Shown here: in pieces, positions 55,509 through 64,000 of the stretch
Position numbering within the stretch: position 1 is the stretch's first letter
Layout: each line of letters opens with the position of its first letter
DNA from: a virus
Strand: one strand, 5' to 3'
Virus record (IMG/VR): IMGVR_UViG_3300002036_000007
Location: 242 to 64,241 of that record
DNA length: 64,000 bases
Position numbers and translations under genes: made by a program
Notes under the pieces: generated by a model
What the model was told of the DNA's origin: nothing
Seen by the model: the letters and a program-made list of their open reading frames with translations, nothing else
Databases searched by the model: none

Positions 55509-56483
55509 GTGGCTAAACCCAGGAAGGTCGGCAAGCGATGGCGCATTGAGCTCCAAGTCAACGGCCAGAAGCTTTCCAGCTACCACGACACACGACAAGC
55601 GGCCGCTAATTGGGCAACAGAGCAGGAAGTAGTAAACAGCGCCCAGGGCTTCATACGCGGCCGCACGATGGATATGCTGTTCGACCGTTACGCCGATGAA
55701 GTCGTTGCCGGCCGCAAGGGTGAGCGATGGGACAGGGTGAGAATCAAGAATCTCAGCAAGCGATTCGGAGCCACGGCCGTTATGGGTATTACTGCGCGCC
55801 AGATTGAGCTCTGGCGTGATGAGCGGCTTCAATCTGTCCAGCCTTCTAGCTTTAACCGCGAGCTCAACTTGCTCAGCGCCATACTCAGCAAGGCTGTTAA
55901 ATGGCGTTGGTTGCACGAAAATCCTGTCAAACATGTAGAGCGGCCGAAAGATCCGCCGCACCGTGAGCGCATTATCAGCGACAACGAGCGCGACATGATT
56001 CTGGGTGAGCTCAAGCTTGATCCTGATAATATTGTGGTTAAAACACGTAAGCACGAGCTCGGGGTTGTGTTCTTGGTTGCGCTCACCACCGCCATGAGAC
56101 TGGGTGAAATCACGGGTCTGCGCTGGGAATACGTGCATTTGAGTGAAAAGTACTGCCATCTGCCTGATACCAAAAACGGCACCAGTCGCAACGTCCCGCT
56201 TTCTACGAAAGCCGTGAGCTACATCGGCGCCATGGGTCAAAGGGAGTCCGGCAAGGTGTTCAGAATCAGCAGGGATATTGCCAGCAACTACTTCAGGGAT
56301 GCTCGAAGGGCGGTTGGTATAGATGATATCGTTTTGCATGATGCGCGTCATACGGCTATTACCAGGATGGCTGACCACTTGACACCGCTTCAACTTGCAC
56401 GCGCTGTTGGACATAAAAAGCTGGATATGACGTTGCGGTACTATAATGCTCATGCAAGTGATTTGGCCGATCTATTAGGCTGA
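55509..56483 (+). CDS. int: phage integrase (tyrosine recombinase)
   Basis: N-terminal arm-binding beta domain, TAMRLGEI, DTKNG, LHDARHT and VGHKKLDMTLRYY. Confidence 0.95.
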   Translation: MAKPRKVGKRWRIELQVNGQKLSSYHDTRQAAANWATEQEVVNSAQGFIRGRTMDMLFDRYADEVVAGRKGERWDRVRIKNLSKRFGATAVMGITARQIELWRDERLQSVQPSSFNRELNLLSAILSKAVKWRWLHENPVKHVERPKDPPHRERIISDNERDMILGELKLDPDNIVVKTRKHELGVVFLVALTTAMRLGEITGLRWEYVHLSEKYCHLPDTKNGTSRNVPLSTKAVSYIGAMGQRESGKVFRISRDIASNYFRDARRAVGIDDIVLHDARHTAITRMADHLTPLQLARAVGHKKLDMTLRYYNAHASDLADLLG

Positions 56484-56732
56484 TTGTTCAAGAACAGGCG
56501 GGTGACTGTCATACCACGCCAACACCTCTTCACGTTTATAGGTTTTATTCATTTCAATTTGTGCATTTTTACCAACAGTGCATTTACGCGCGGCCGGAAA
56601 ACCCGGCGTTACCACAACCGTTTTACGCACATACTCAGGTGTTACATCAAGTAACTTTGCGATATGCCGAAAACTCCAAACCGGTTGGGATATGTCTATT
56701 TCCCAATCTAAACTTTCAGTCTTACTGCCCAT
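56475..56732 (-). CDS. excisionase/AlpA-like winged-HTH protein
   Basis: FRHIAKLLDVTPEYV...TPGFPAA...YKREEVLAW; convergent with int. Confidence 0.65.
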   Translation of the reverse strand: MGSKTESLDWEIDISQPVWSFRHIAKLLDVTPEYVRKTVVVTPGFPAARKCTVGKNAQIEMNKTYKREEVLAWYDSHPPVLEQSA

Positions 56733-56743
56733 AATTAATACTC

Positions 56744-57286
56744 CTAGCCAGTCACCATATGCGCGATGTTATGGCAAGGCTGCTCAGCCTTTATTATTAT
56801 CTTCTCTGCCAGTTCCAATGCGACTCTATTCGGAAATCTTTCAATTTTAATTTCAGTTACAAGGCTCCACCATGTTGTTCTTTTGTGGGCCGTAAACCTT
56901 GTCAATGCATTAATAGAGATTCCCACGTAAAGCAATTTATTTTCTGCATCAAATAGGCGGTAAAGTTCGTGATTACCACCATCGGGCTTTTGCCTCAATA
57001 GCCGGTCTAAATTTTTATGCGCCTCATAGCCGTCGCTCCAATACAAAACATCTTCGCGCAAATAGGTTCTGTGGGAGGAAATGTCACCGTTTTTACCAGT
57101 TTTACAGATACGCGCTTTCGGGAAGTTAGGCGTAAAAATTATAGTTTCTTGCACGTAGGCTAGATCAACATCAAGCAATTTGGCGATATGCAGGTGAGTG
57201 TAAACAGGGTTTTCCAAATCCATAGACTGGACCTTTGCATGTTCAAGTTCGGCCTTGTTTTTAATATCACTCATACCATCACCCAT
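56744..57286 (-). CDS. excisionase-like domain fused to a GIY-YIG nuclease domain
   Basis: N-terminal half paralogous to 56475-56732; C-term LYRLFDAENKLLYVGIS...RFTAH...PCHN. Confidence 0.8.
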   Translation of the reverse strand: MGDGMSDIKNKAELEHAKVQSMDLENPVYTHLHIAKLLDVDLAYVQETIIFTPNFPKARICKTGKNGDISSHRTYLREDVLYWSDGYEAHKNLDRLLRQKPDGGNHELYRLFDAENKLLYVGISINALTRFTAHKRTTWWSLVTEIKIERFPNRVALELAEKIIIKAEQPCHNIAHMVTG

Positions 57287-57402
57287 AAATATTCACTGAA
57301 ATTAACCCCAAAAAACAAGCGGCCCAATATCACACCGACCGCAAATGTAAAAGCCCAAACTCATGCCTGCTATAAACCCTAGCGATGCAATAAGTACAAT
57401 TC

Positions 57403-57597
57403 TCAAGATAAGGTTTCTGATTCGCTTTCCTCTTTCTCTTTTTCAATCCTTTGGGCTATCTCTTCGCGATGAACGGTAATATCATCATCTGCGACAATGC
57501 CAAGACGAACTTGTTTTCCTTTAACGCTTAAAACAGTAACTTTTACATTGTCGCCAATGACTATGGCTTCGTTAACACGTCTGCTCAAGATCAACAT
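57403..57597 (-). CDS. csrA: carbon storage regulator CsrA/RsmA homologue
   Basis: [35 protein letters not shown]...VHREEI. Confidence 0.95.
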   Translation of the reverse strand: MLILSRRVNEAIVIGDNVKVTVLSVKGKQVRLGIVADDDITVHREEIAQRIEKEKEESESETLS

Positions 57598-58229
57598 TAC
57601 GCTGCCTCCTGTAGTTTGAGTAAAGCACCTAAAGCATCGTCACGAAGTAGATTTACTATCACTATCTGCTCTGACAAAAGCTTGCAAATTTTGTCGTCAC
57701 GTTCGATTCGGATAATTGATTTAGGCAGATCAGGGTGATACAAAACAAGATCAACCCATTCGCGCTCAGATGCCATCATTTGCATTTGTGGCTGTAGCTT
57801 GTAATCCTTCGGTATTTCCTTTTTACTGGTATATGCAAGCAGGGTCTTGACATGTCCAGCTGCTTTCTGGTTTTTGATTTCCAGCAGTCCTTTATCACCT
57901 ACCAGCCGATCAGGACTTGCGCCAAATGTGGCTTTATCGTCGGTGAAAAAACCGCACTCGATAACATCAATATCGCGCTCAAAGCTGTAGTAAGCGGCGG
58001 CGGCAGATTCAAGCTCGTGGCCGCGCTCTGTGGCGTCATTACCTTCCCACGCATCCAGCTCAAAGCCTGCAAACAAATCAGCGGCAAGCTTGTTAGCGTA
58101 TGGTTTCACTGATGTTGACGGCGCCAGTTTGGCTGGCGTTACCAGTGAGCTTGCCATTGATGCTGTTGGCAGGCCCAAGCGAGCCGCCATCCATTCTGGC
58201 GTATTCTGTTCGTGTTCATGGTGTATCAT
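57597..58229 (-). CDS. YqaJ/lambda-exonuclease-family nuclease
   Basis: [25 protein letters not shown]...LEIK and QPQMQM. Confidence 0.9.
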   Translation of the reverse strand: MIHHEHEQNTPEWMAARLGLPTASMASSLVTPAKLAPSTSVKPYANKLAADLFAGFELDAWEGNDATERGHELESAAAAYYSFERDIDVIECGFFTDDKATFGASPDRLVGDKGLLEIKNQKAAGHVKTLLAYTSKKEIPKDYKLQPQMQMMASEREWVDLVLYHPDLPKSIIRIERDDKICKLLSEQIVIVNLLRDDALGALLKLQEAA

Positions 58230-59005
58230 TTCGCCGCCTTTTTCAGTTGCGCAATAGCTTTAGCTTTGTCATCTTTGGGCATTGCCAGAAGCTCCTCCGT
58301 GGAGCCAGGGTACTTGCTAGCAATCCATTTGACCCAGCGCGTAAAGTCTTTGTCTACTTCTTCGCAGACAGCCTGAAAGTCGAGCATGTCGGTATCGTCG
58401 ATCATGTCAACAGGAGGTGCTTGACTGTAAGCGGTGTGACCATCATCGTCGAATGACTCAGCCAGTCCGAGTATTGCAAAGCCAGTAGTGCGCTGTAGAT
58501 ACGTTATCGTTGATTTAATCTGCTGTATCGTGTTTTTTTGGCCGCTTGAATCGGGTGGCGCAAATAGTGCGACGGTTTCAGAATGGCCCATCTGGTGCGT
58601 TAATATTGCTGTAACCGTTATTGTCTCAGCATCTTGCTTGGTGTCCCATGATAGATTCAAACCGCACTGACCAAGAATAGGGTTGACCGTATCCATCGTA
58701 TTACCCAGACTTGCATGCTGATAGTTTGTGTTTCCAAAGGACACAGCTCTATCCTTGTTAATCGTTGGCGCAAGCTTGCGAAATTCAGACAGTGCAGCCG
58801 CGTAAGCTTTCCGCGCTTCGTTTTGTTCGTGGTCTTTTTGCACTTCAAGCATTTGCTTAAGAATTTCAGGCGTGTACTGACCAGATGCAACCATTGCAAC
58901 AATAGGTGATACGCCATCGGGTACAGGAACCGGCTGCAAAGGCGTCACGTTCTGCTCTGCAATCTCGGTTGATTGTGTTACTACTTCTTGTTTCGGTGTG
59001 CTCAT
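58226..59005 (-). CDS. erf: ERF-family single-strand annealing protein
   Basis: YQHASL...NPILGQCGL, HQMGHSE and Q.IKSTITYLQR...LGLA...DDDG. Confidence 0.85.
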   Translation of the reverse strand: MSTPKQEVVTQSTEIAEQNVTPLQPVPVPDGVSPIVAMVASGQYTPEILKQMLEVQKDHEQNEARKAYAAALSEFRKLAPTINKDRAVSFGNTNYQHASLGNTMDTVNPILGQCGLNLSWDTKQDAETITVTAILTHQMGHSETVALFAPPDSSGQKNTIQQIKSTITYLQRTTGFAILGLAESFDDDGHTAYSQAPPVDMIDDTDMLDFQAVCEEVDKDFTRWVKWIASKYPGSTEELLAMPKDDKAKAIAQLKKAAK

Positions 59006-59036
59006 GTTGCCGACTCCAATCGGTTGTTGTTAGGGT

Positions 59037-59204
59037 TTACTGTTCTTCTTCGCGCGATTCAGAATCGACAGCCAAGCCGTCGAGAAAATCACTGCCCTTT
59101 TTGTATATCTCATCAGATTCAGCGCTTGCGATAATGGCCTCGATTTTTTGAATGCCACTCGTTACAATCCGAATCTGCTTTTGTAATTCTTTTACATCAT
59201 TCAT
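59037..59204 (-). CDS. 55-aa hypothetical protein (not in ORF track)
   Basis: MNDVKELQKQIRIVTSGIQKIEAII; TAATG-type overlap. Confidence 0.5.
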   Translation of the reverse strand: MNDVKELQKQIRIVTSGIQKIEAIIASAESDEIYKKGSDFLDGLAVDSESREEEQ

Positions 59205-59440
59205 TAAAATATATCCCTAAATGTGTCACCGAATAAATTTTCAACGTTGCTTTTCTTCTTGCTTGATTCTTTTTTAATCCGATCTTGAATTGCCTTTCCG
59301 TTCGCCAGCCCTTGCTTGTGACCTTGCGTATACACGGTGTCAAATAGCTTTTTTAGGCCATCCGGTGTTAGCGTCACGTTTTCGGTCAGCCAGTGTTGGT
59401 TTTTTTCTGTTAGGTGACTCCAAAGCTCATCTTGTCTCAT
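59204..59440 (-). CDS. hypothetical protein
   Basis: Probable start MRQDELWSHL at 59440, overlapping the upstream stop. Confidence 0.6.
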   Translation of the reverse strand: MRQDELWSHLTEKNQHWLTENVTLTPDGLKKLFDTVYTQGHKQGLANGKAIQDRIKKESSKKKSNVENLFGDTFRDIF

Positions 59441-59703
59441 GACGCAACCCTCTCTGCAAAAGCCAACAGCCAAGGCTTGATTGCATATAAAAATCCACCA
59501 GTTGCAAAGACAGACAGCAACAATATCCAAAGATCAAACCAGCGAGCGGTGTATTCATCGGTTTCATCGGTTTCATCGGTTTCATCGTGGCCGTAGTCAC
59601 TATCATTTGCGGCATGATCTTGCAATGCGTAACACATGAATAGTTGGTCCTGGTTGTCTGGACGTTCGGCTAGAATGCGCTCTAGTTCGGTCGCGTAGCT
59701 CAT
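59437..59703 (-). CDS. hypothetical protein with a DET repeat and C-terminal TM
   Basis: DETDETDETDE encoded by a 9-bp repeat TTCATCGGT (59554-59587). Confidence 0.6.
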   Translation of the reverse strand: MSYATELERILAERPDNQDQLFMCYALQDHAANDSDYGHDETDETDETDEYTARWFDLWILLLSVFATGGFLYAIKPWLLAFAERVAS

Positions 59704-59912
59704 GTCTTAGCCTCCTTTATAGCTTTGCGATGCTCAACAAGATTCGTTTTAAATCCGGCAATCATTATTCTGCTATATGATTCAAGATCACTTATCACTT
59801 CATCTATAGTGCCTTTTACCTCAGAAGGTTTAGCTGTAATTGACAGACCTTCAAATGACAATGTTAATTTGCCTTTATCGTCACTCTTTTTTTCAGTTGA
59901 TTCGGTACTCAT
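59700..59912 (-). CDS. hypothetical protein
   Basis: Coupled ORF in the pL operon. Confidence 0.6.
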   Translation of the reverse strand: MSTESTEKKSDDKGKLTLSFEGLSITAKPSEVKGTIDEVISDLESYSRIMIAGFKTNLVEHRKAIKEAKT

Positions 59913-60454
59913 GACTCACCCCGCAATCGATTCAACTCGATACCAATCTCATCCCGTTGTTTTTCGAGCAACTTAATCTGAATTGATTTAGGCTTGTCTT
60001 TGTTATCCCAAACCAGCTCCATGGCGCGGGTAACATCTGCAGGGTCGTATCCATCCTCGGTCATTGAAGACTCAAGCCAGCGGTAGAAAATGGCGCGTAT
60101 TGATATTTCAGAACATGAGCGACTGACAGTGCCCGTGTTCAGCTCATAGAGAGATTCACAAGTCAGCTCAGCCAATGCTTCAGAAAGCACTTCGATCCGT
60201 TTGTTGTCAATGTCAGACTGAACCCGCAACCGGTCGGCGTCCGTTCTAATAACAGCGTCCGTTAAATCAGTTTTGGTTTGTCTGGTGAAATGATCAATGC
60301 AGGCTTGAGGGTCTTCTTTGAAATCAACAAGGGCGGCGCTAGCGGCTCTGATTAGCCTGGCATCGCTGTTGCTGTGGCCTTGGGCCTCTGCGATTTCGAA
60401 GCGATTTGTGTCTACCAGGGCGCGATCAGGGGTGTGTAGTGCTGTGTTCATCAA
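59909..60454 (-). CDS. first gene of the pL operon, hypothetical
   Basis: GGAG RBS about 25 nt after the pL start. Confidence 0.65.
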   Translation of the reverse strand: MMNTALHTPDRALVDTNRFEIAEAQGHSNSDARLIRAASAALVDFKEDPQACIDHFTRQTKTDLTDAVIRTDADRLRVQSDIDNKRIEVLSEALAELTCESLYELNTGTVSRSCSEISIRAIFYRWLESSMTEDGYDPADVTRAMELVWDNKDKPKSIQIKLLEKQRDEIGIELNRLRGES

Positions 60455-60489
60455 GTGACTCCATATCAGTTAATTGCTGCGATGGAGTA

Positions 60490-60529
60490 ACTATAGCAAG
60501 TTAAACTTACCTGTGCAAGCAAAACTTAC
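60490..60529 (-). promoter_or_regulatory. pL promoter with two operators (OL)
   Basis: Minus strand TTGCAC-17 bp-TATAGT; operators GCAAGTTAAACTTAC (60496-510) and GCAAGCAAAACTTAC (60515-529). Confidence 0.85.
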
Positions 60530-60588
60530 ATTATGTTTGGGATTTATTGGTGGTGGTAAGTTTTTAAGCGGGTGGAGTTAGCTACTGT

Positions 60589-61284
60589 TTATCGTTGGCG
60601 GCGATTAATAACGGTTTTGTCGATGACGCCAATAAGTGTAAATTCATCTGTAATAGGTGGGTATTTGTCATTGACCGGCATAAGAACTGGCTTACCGTCA
60701 ACTTCATCGTACAATTTAAAAACGTGCTGGCCTGAACTACTAATTTGGGCTATAACGCCATCACCAATCTGCACATCATCAACCAAGGATTGATAGCACA
60801 ATACTACGCACCCATCAGGGTAACTCGGTTCTTTTCCCGCCTGATACATCGAAGTGCCTGTTACTTTGAGCGCTATACAATTCTCATCCTCGGTAAGCAC
60901 GACAGACATCCATTCAACGATTGGAATATCAGTATAAGTACCTGTACGGATAAAAACTGCAATATCTGTTAATTTTATTACCGGGATATTCTTTGTTAGT
61001 ACATTCGCTTTATCAACTGGCGAAATGTTGCTTTCTACAGCGTACTTGGACAGAGAGGTGTTATCTTCGGACGCCATTAGCTCTGATACTGAAAGCCCAT
61101 ACAATTTGGCTAATGCGGATCGGTTTGCCTTCCGCGGCTCCGTTCGCTGGTTTGGATCATCGGATTCCCAGAATCCAACCGCTACGCGCGTAACGCTACC
61201 AGGCATGTTTTCGGCAACCTCGGCCAGCGTCATTCCTGACATGGCTCTGAGCTTTGCTAATTTTTCATTAAGTTGCATATGCAT
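60589..61284 (-). CDS. cI: CI-type repressor (HTH plus S24 peptidase)
   Basis: LAKLRAMSGMTLAEVAE...WE HTH; ALKVTGTSM (Ser) and HVFKLY (Lys). Confidence 0.92.
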   Translation of the reverse strand: MHMQLNEKLAKLRAMSGMTLAEVAENMPGSVTRVAVGFWESDDPNQRTEPRKANRSALAKLYGLSVSELMASEDNTSLSKYAVESNISPVDKANVLTKNIPVIKLTDIAVFIRTGTYTDIPIVEWMSVVLTEDENCIALKVTGTSMYQAGKEPSYPDGCVVLCYQSLVDDVQIGDGVIAQISSSGQHVFKLYDEVDGKPVLMPVNDKYPPITDEFTLIGVIDKTVINRRQR

Positions 61285-61289
61285 ATTAT

Positions 61290-61354
61290 GTAAGTAAGGC
61301 TTTCATTCCGCAGTGATAGAGTTACTTGCATTTAAGGCAAGTTAAACTTACACT
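61290..61354. promoter_or_regulatory. OR region: pR, pRM and three operator-like sites
   Basis: pR TTGCAT(61326)-17 bp-TACACT(61349); operator 61337-51 identical to OL 60496-510; weaker sites at 61290 and 61315; pRM -10 CATAAT on the minus strand. Confidence 0.85.
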
Positions 61355-61360
61355 GTGCGC

Positions 61361-61609
61361 ATGAGAAAGAAAAACACATCCAAAATTCCAGTAAAAACCA
61401 TTATTGACGCCGCTGGCGGTGCTGTTTCTGTGGGCTACCTGTGCAATGTCAGCTCTCAAGCTGTTAGTCAATGGCAGGCAATACCCGCTGTTCATGTATT
61501 GACCATCGAGCCTCATTGCAAATATAGCCGGTATGAAATCCGACCAGATATATACGGAACCATTCTGGCCGCAAGAAAGGCGCTTTTAGGAACAAAACAA
61601 GCCGCCTGA
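61361..61609 (+). CDS. cro: Cro-like regulator (YdaS family)
   Basis: IIDAAGGAVSVGYLCNVSSQAVSQWQAIPA...YEIRPDIYG. Confidence 0.85.
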   Translation: MRKKNTSKIPVKTIIDAAGGAVSVGYLCNVSSQAVSQWQAIPAVHVLTIEPHCKYSRYEIRPDIYGTILAARKALLGTKQAA

Positions 61610-61710
61610 CTGGGTTTTCATTAAACACCGCCCGTTGAAAAAACACATCGAAACAGCGGAATAAACATAAGGAACACGCGCCAGTAGGCGCTTTCAGGAG
61701 AGCGCAGGAA

Positions 61711-62133
61711 ATGCATGCAGAAATAGCAGGTCAGTTTGAGATACCGCTAGCAACAGTGGCTCAAAAGCCAGTGTTAGCGCCGATGACGACTGTTTATGAG
61801 TGGGAGACAGAAGCCGATGCAATCAACTACTCAGTAAACGAAATCATCAGACAAGAACCGGGATTAACACAAATGGCACTAGCAGATCGAATTCGTATTA
61901 CTCGCTCAGTGATGAGCAAATTAAGACAAGACCAGATCGCTATGCCTAAAGGAAAGCTGCGTGTGTTTATGGAGGCTTGCAGGTCATTTGCCGTACTTCA
62001 ATGGCATGCCGTTGATAACGGCTTGGTGATCAAAACCAAAGAAGAAGAGGCGCAAGATCAGGAAACAATCAAACGACTTGAGGCTGAGCTGGAGTTGAAG
62101 GACTGGAAGTTACAACGAGCCATTGGCGAATAA
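61711..62133 (+). CDS. CII-position HTH regulator
   Basis: LTQMALADRIRITRSVMSKL HTH; follows cro. Confidence 0.65.
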   Translation: MHAEIAGQFEIPLATVAQKPVLAPMTTVYEWETEADAINYSVNEIIRQEPGLTQMALADRIRITRSVMSKLRQDQIAMPKGKLRVFMEACRSFAVLQWHAVDNGLVIKTKEEEAQDQETIKRLEAELELKDWKLQRAIGE

Positions 62134-62140
62134 CAGACAC

Positions 62141-62173
62141 AAAAAAGCCGGTACTACGCAAATAGCACCGGCT
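62141..62173 (-). terminator. antisense (oop-like) terminator
   Basis: AAAAA-AGCCGGT...ACCGGCT after the CII-like gene. Confidence 0.6.
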
Positions 62174-62217
62174 CCGTTTTACACAAACCCGAATCAACCA
62201 CGAAACAGGAATGCACC

Positions 62218-62550
62218 ATGAATTTACAAGATGACCAACATCTGAGCAATAGCTTACCAGATCAGAATTGCGAAAACTCAGCAATTAAATCGAGTAATCA
62301 ACAAAAAAAACGTGGTAGACCCAAAGGGGTTAGGAAAAAAGGGCCGCGTAAGCGAGAGCTAACCCCGATACAGAAACGTGAGCAAGAGTTGAAGTTGAAA
62401 AAGCAATCGGTCGTCGTCAAGCGTGCTGAGTACACACGTAACTTGCCGAAATCTTACCCTGCAATAGATGACTATGGCTTGGAGACAGCAGCGCTCAAAG
62501 CGCAAGCGAAGATTCAGCGGTTACGTGCTGCTATTGGGGGTGATGCATGA
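62218..62550 (+). CDS. basic hypothetical protein (AT-hook-like RGRPKG)
   Basis: AGGA RBS; KKRGRPKGVRKK. Confidence 0.55.
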   Translation: MNLQDDQHLSNSLPDQNCENSAIKSSNQQKKRGRPKGVRKKGPRKRELTPIQKREQELKLKKQSVVVKRAEYTRNLPKSYPAIDDYGLETAALKAQAKIQRLRAAIGGDA

Positions 62551-62714
62551 GCGCCCAAACAAAACGACAAGCAACAAAGTCGCAAAAACCCAATCCAGCG
62601 CCACGCGAAAATTATCAAGAATACGAAAGGCGCAAGGCCGAGCTACCCGCTGATTTAACGCCAGAGCAGTACGACCAGGCTTTGCAGGCTATAGCGCGGA
62701 GGTTGGGAGTATGA
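62547..62714 (+). CDS. 55-aa hypothetical protein (not in ORF track)
   Basis: YQEYERRKAELPADLTPEQYDQALQAIARRLGV, a common small phage motif; ATGA overlaps. Confidence 0.6.
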   Translation: MSAQTKRQATKSQKPNPAPRENYQEYERRKAELPADLTPEQYDQALQAIARRLGV

Positions 62715-63169
62715 GCTATTCATGCTTTGACAAACCAGAGATAAAGCCGCTTTTCCTGAATGGAAAATCAAAGCCACTGCCTGTTAAATCTGGCTTTATT
62801 TACGTGGCAACTAATCCGCTATTTGAGCAGTTTTGCAAAATTGGCATTACATCCAAGTATCCAGAAAAACGGATGGCTTCATTGTCTACGACTGCGCTTC
62901 CATTTGACTATGAGCTGCAAGCCTATGTCTGGGCTGACCATTGTGGGTACATCGAAAGAGAAACGCACCGAAAGCTAGATAAAACAAGGGTTAATGCGGG
63001 CCGAGAGTTCTTTCAATGCGACTGTGATTTGGCCTACAAAACCATAATGGATATATGGCATTCGCTTTACGGTGATGACTTAGACGCCTGCTGGGAGTCA
63101 CATTCACATTGGCGCGTGTTGGATATTAACGAGGATATTGCAAAAGGCATACAGCGAGGTGTTGCATGA
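62711..63169 (+). CDS. T5orf172/GIY-YIG domain protein
   Basis: GFIYVATNP...CKIGIT...PEKRMASLSTTALPFDY...REFF. Confidence 0.8.
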   Translation: MSYSCFDKPEIKPLFLNGKSKPLPVKSGFIYVATNPLFEQFCKIGITSKYPEKRMASLSTTALPFDYELQAYVWADHCGYIERETHRKLDKTRVNAGREFFQCDCDLAYKTIMDIWHSLYGDDLDACWESHSHWRVLDINEDIAKGIQRGVA

Positions 63170-63744
63170 GAAAGCAATTACCCTTCATTCGGTTTTATGT
63201 CGATGACTACATGGGTGATACAGGGCACCTAAGAACCATCGAGCATGGCGCTTACGATTTGATTCTATGGGTTTACTGGCGTCGGCAAAAAGCGCTCCCT
63301 GAATCACAACTACAGCGCATATCCAAAACTAGCTCCGAAGAGTGGGCTGAGATGCGCGACACGCTAGCCGATTTCTTTGATATTGACGTGTCAGGTGTTT
63401 GGCATCACAAGCGAATTGAACTTGAATTAGAGCGTGTTAGGAACGATGTAAAACGCAAGAGAAAAGCCGGAAAAGCATCAGGAAAAGCACGTCGAAAAAA
63501 GGCTGAAAACGAACTAAATCGAACAGACGTTCAACAGGCGTTGAACACACGTTCAACAAATGCTGAACAATCCATACGTAGTAACGAGTTTTCTGCGAAA
63601 ACCGTTCCTATTGCAAGACAAAGACTCACAAAAACTGAAAATGAGTTGATGGAAGCGAGAGCCGCTGTTTGGAAGCTTGAAAAGCAGCTACAAGACACTC
63701 AGGCCGAGCTTGACCAGACTGGTGAAATTGGGGGTGAGTCATGA
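63166..63744 (+). CDS. replication initiator, DUF1376/YdaU family (lambda O-like position)
   Basis: LPFIRFYVDDYMGDTGHL..IEHGAYDLIL..YW...W.HKRIE.EL. Confidence 0.85.
   Translation: MRKQLPFIRFYVDDYMGDTGHLRTIEHGAYDLILWVYWRRQKALPESQLQRISKTSSEEWAEMRDTLADFFDIDVSGVWHHKRIELELERVRNDVKRKRKAGKASGKARRKKAENELNRTDVQQALNTRSTNAEQSIRSNEFSAKTVPIARQRLTKTENELMEARAAVWKLEKQLQDTQAELDQTGEIGGES
63521..63570. repeat. iteron-like repeats inside the initiator gene (probable ori)
   Basis: GAACAGACGTTCAACA (63521) and GAACACACGTTCAACA (63543), 22-bp period; inverted repeat GTTGAAC-acac-GTTCAAC. Confidence 0.7.
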
Positions 63745-64000
63745 ACGCCACAGACAACGCGGGCCCATTTGCCGACCGTGACGGATTGATCGGTCTCTAT
63801 GGCGACAAAAAAGACCCTGCCAACGAACCAAAAATAAACCATTCACCTGATCAAGTAGCAGCGATTCAACGCATGAGTGAATTTCTGACGGACAAGTCCG
63901 AATGCTTTTCGTTGATTGGTCCCGCTGGATCGGGTAAGTCCATGCTCATGCGCGAGATTGCCGATCTGGCATCACAGAAAACATGGCGGGTCTGTTTGAG
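63741..64000 (+). CDS. 5' part of an SF1B (Dda/RecD2-like) helicase, truncated by window edge
   Basis: PDQVAAIQRM...LIGPAGSGKSML Q-motif and Walker A. Confidence 0.7.
   Translation, partial: MNATDNAGPFADRDGLIGLYGDKKDPANEPKINHSPDQVAAIQRMSEFLTDKSECFSLIGPAGSGKSMLMREIADLASQKTWRVCL

Noticed and set aside
55332-56453. 373-aa antisense ORF over the integrase
   Set aside because: Shadow ORF: fully overlaps a clear integrase, crosses attP and has no recognisable motif
59554-59587. 9-bp tandem repeat as a phase-variation switch
   Set aside because: The unit is a multiple of 3 (DET repeat), so slippage keeps the frame

Overview
The window is almost a whole genome of a temperate, lambdoid-organised podovirus, most likely infecting a marine Gammaproteobacterium (host inferred from csrA, a leuX-like att core and algal-polysaccharide enzymes). 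No host genes are visible. An intact attP has phage genes on both sides, so this is probably the free or excised form. Left to right: nin region and a Q-like antiterminator with a pR'/tR' pair (0.2-2.5 kb); lysis genes (2.8-6 kb); a large fibre/depolymerase cluster placed before the terminase (6-18 kb); a self-contained moron (19.2-20.1 kb); HNH, terS and terL; a GH16 hydrolase; portal, scaffold, N4-gp56-type capsid, adaptor, tail tube and ejection proteins (25.6-42.4 kb); a leftward accessory block with a second tyrosine recombinase and a six-gene envelope operon (42.5-48.7 kb); a serine recombinase heading 15 mini-genes joined by conserved junction motifs (50.9-55.3 kb); attP, int and xis; the pL operon (csrA, exonuclease, ERF); the cI/cro switch with readable operators; and replication genes. 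Top observations: (1) a probable -1 programmed frameshift (A_AAA_AAG) that gives a 4-TM membrane protein a histone-like and HTH-like tail; (2) the junction-motif mini-gene array running from the serine recombinase to attP; (3) two GIY-YIG domains, each sandwiched between diverged duplicates of the neighbouring small DNA-binding gene; (4) three unrelated glycan-degrading folds in one phage; (5) a holin-like membrane domain fused to the endolysin. All family assignments come from motif recognition by eye; no database search was run.
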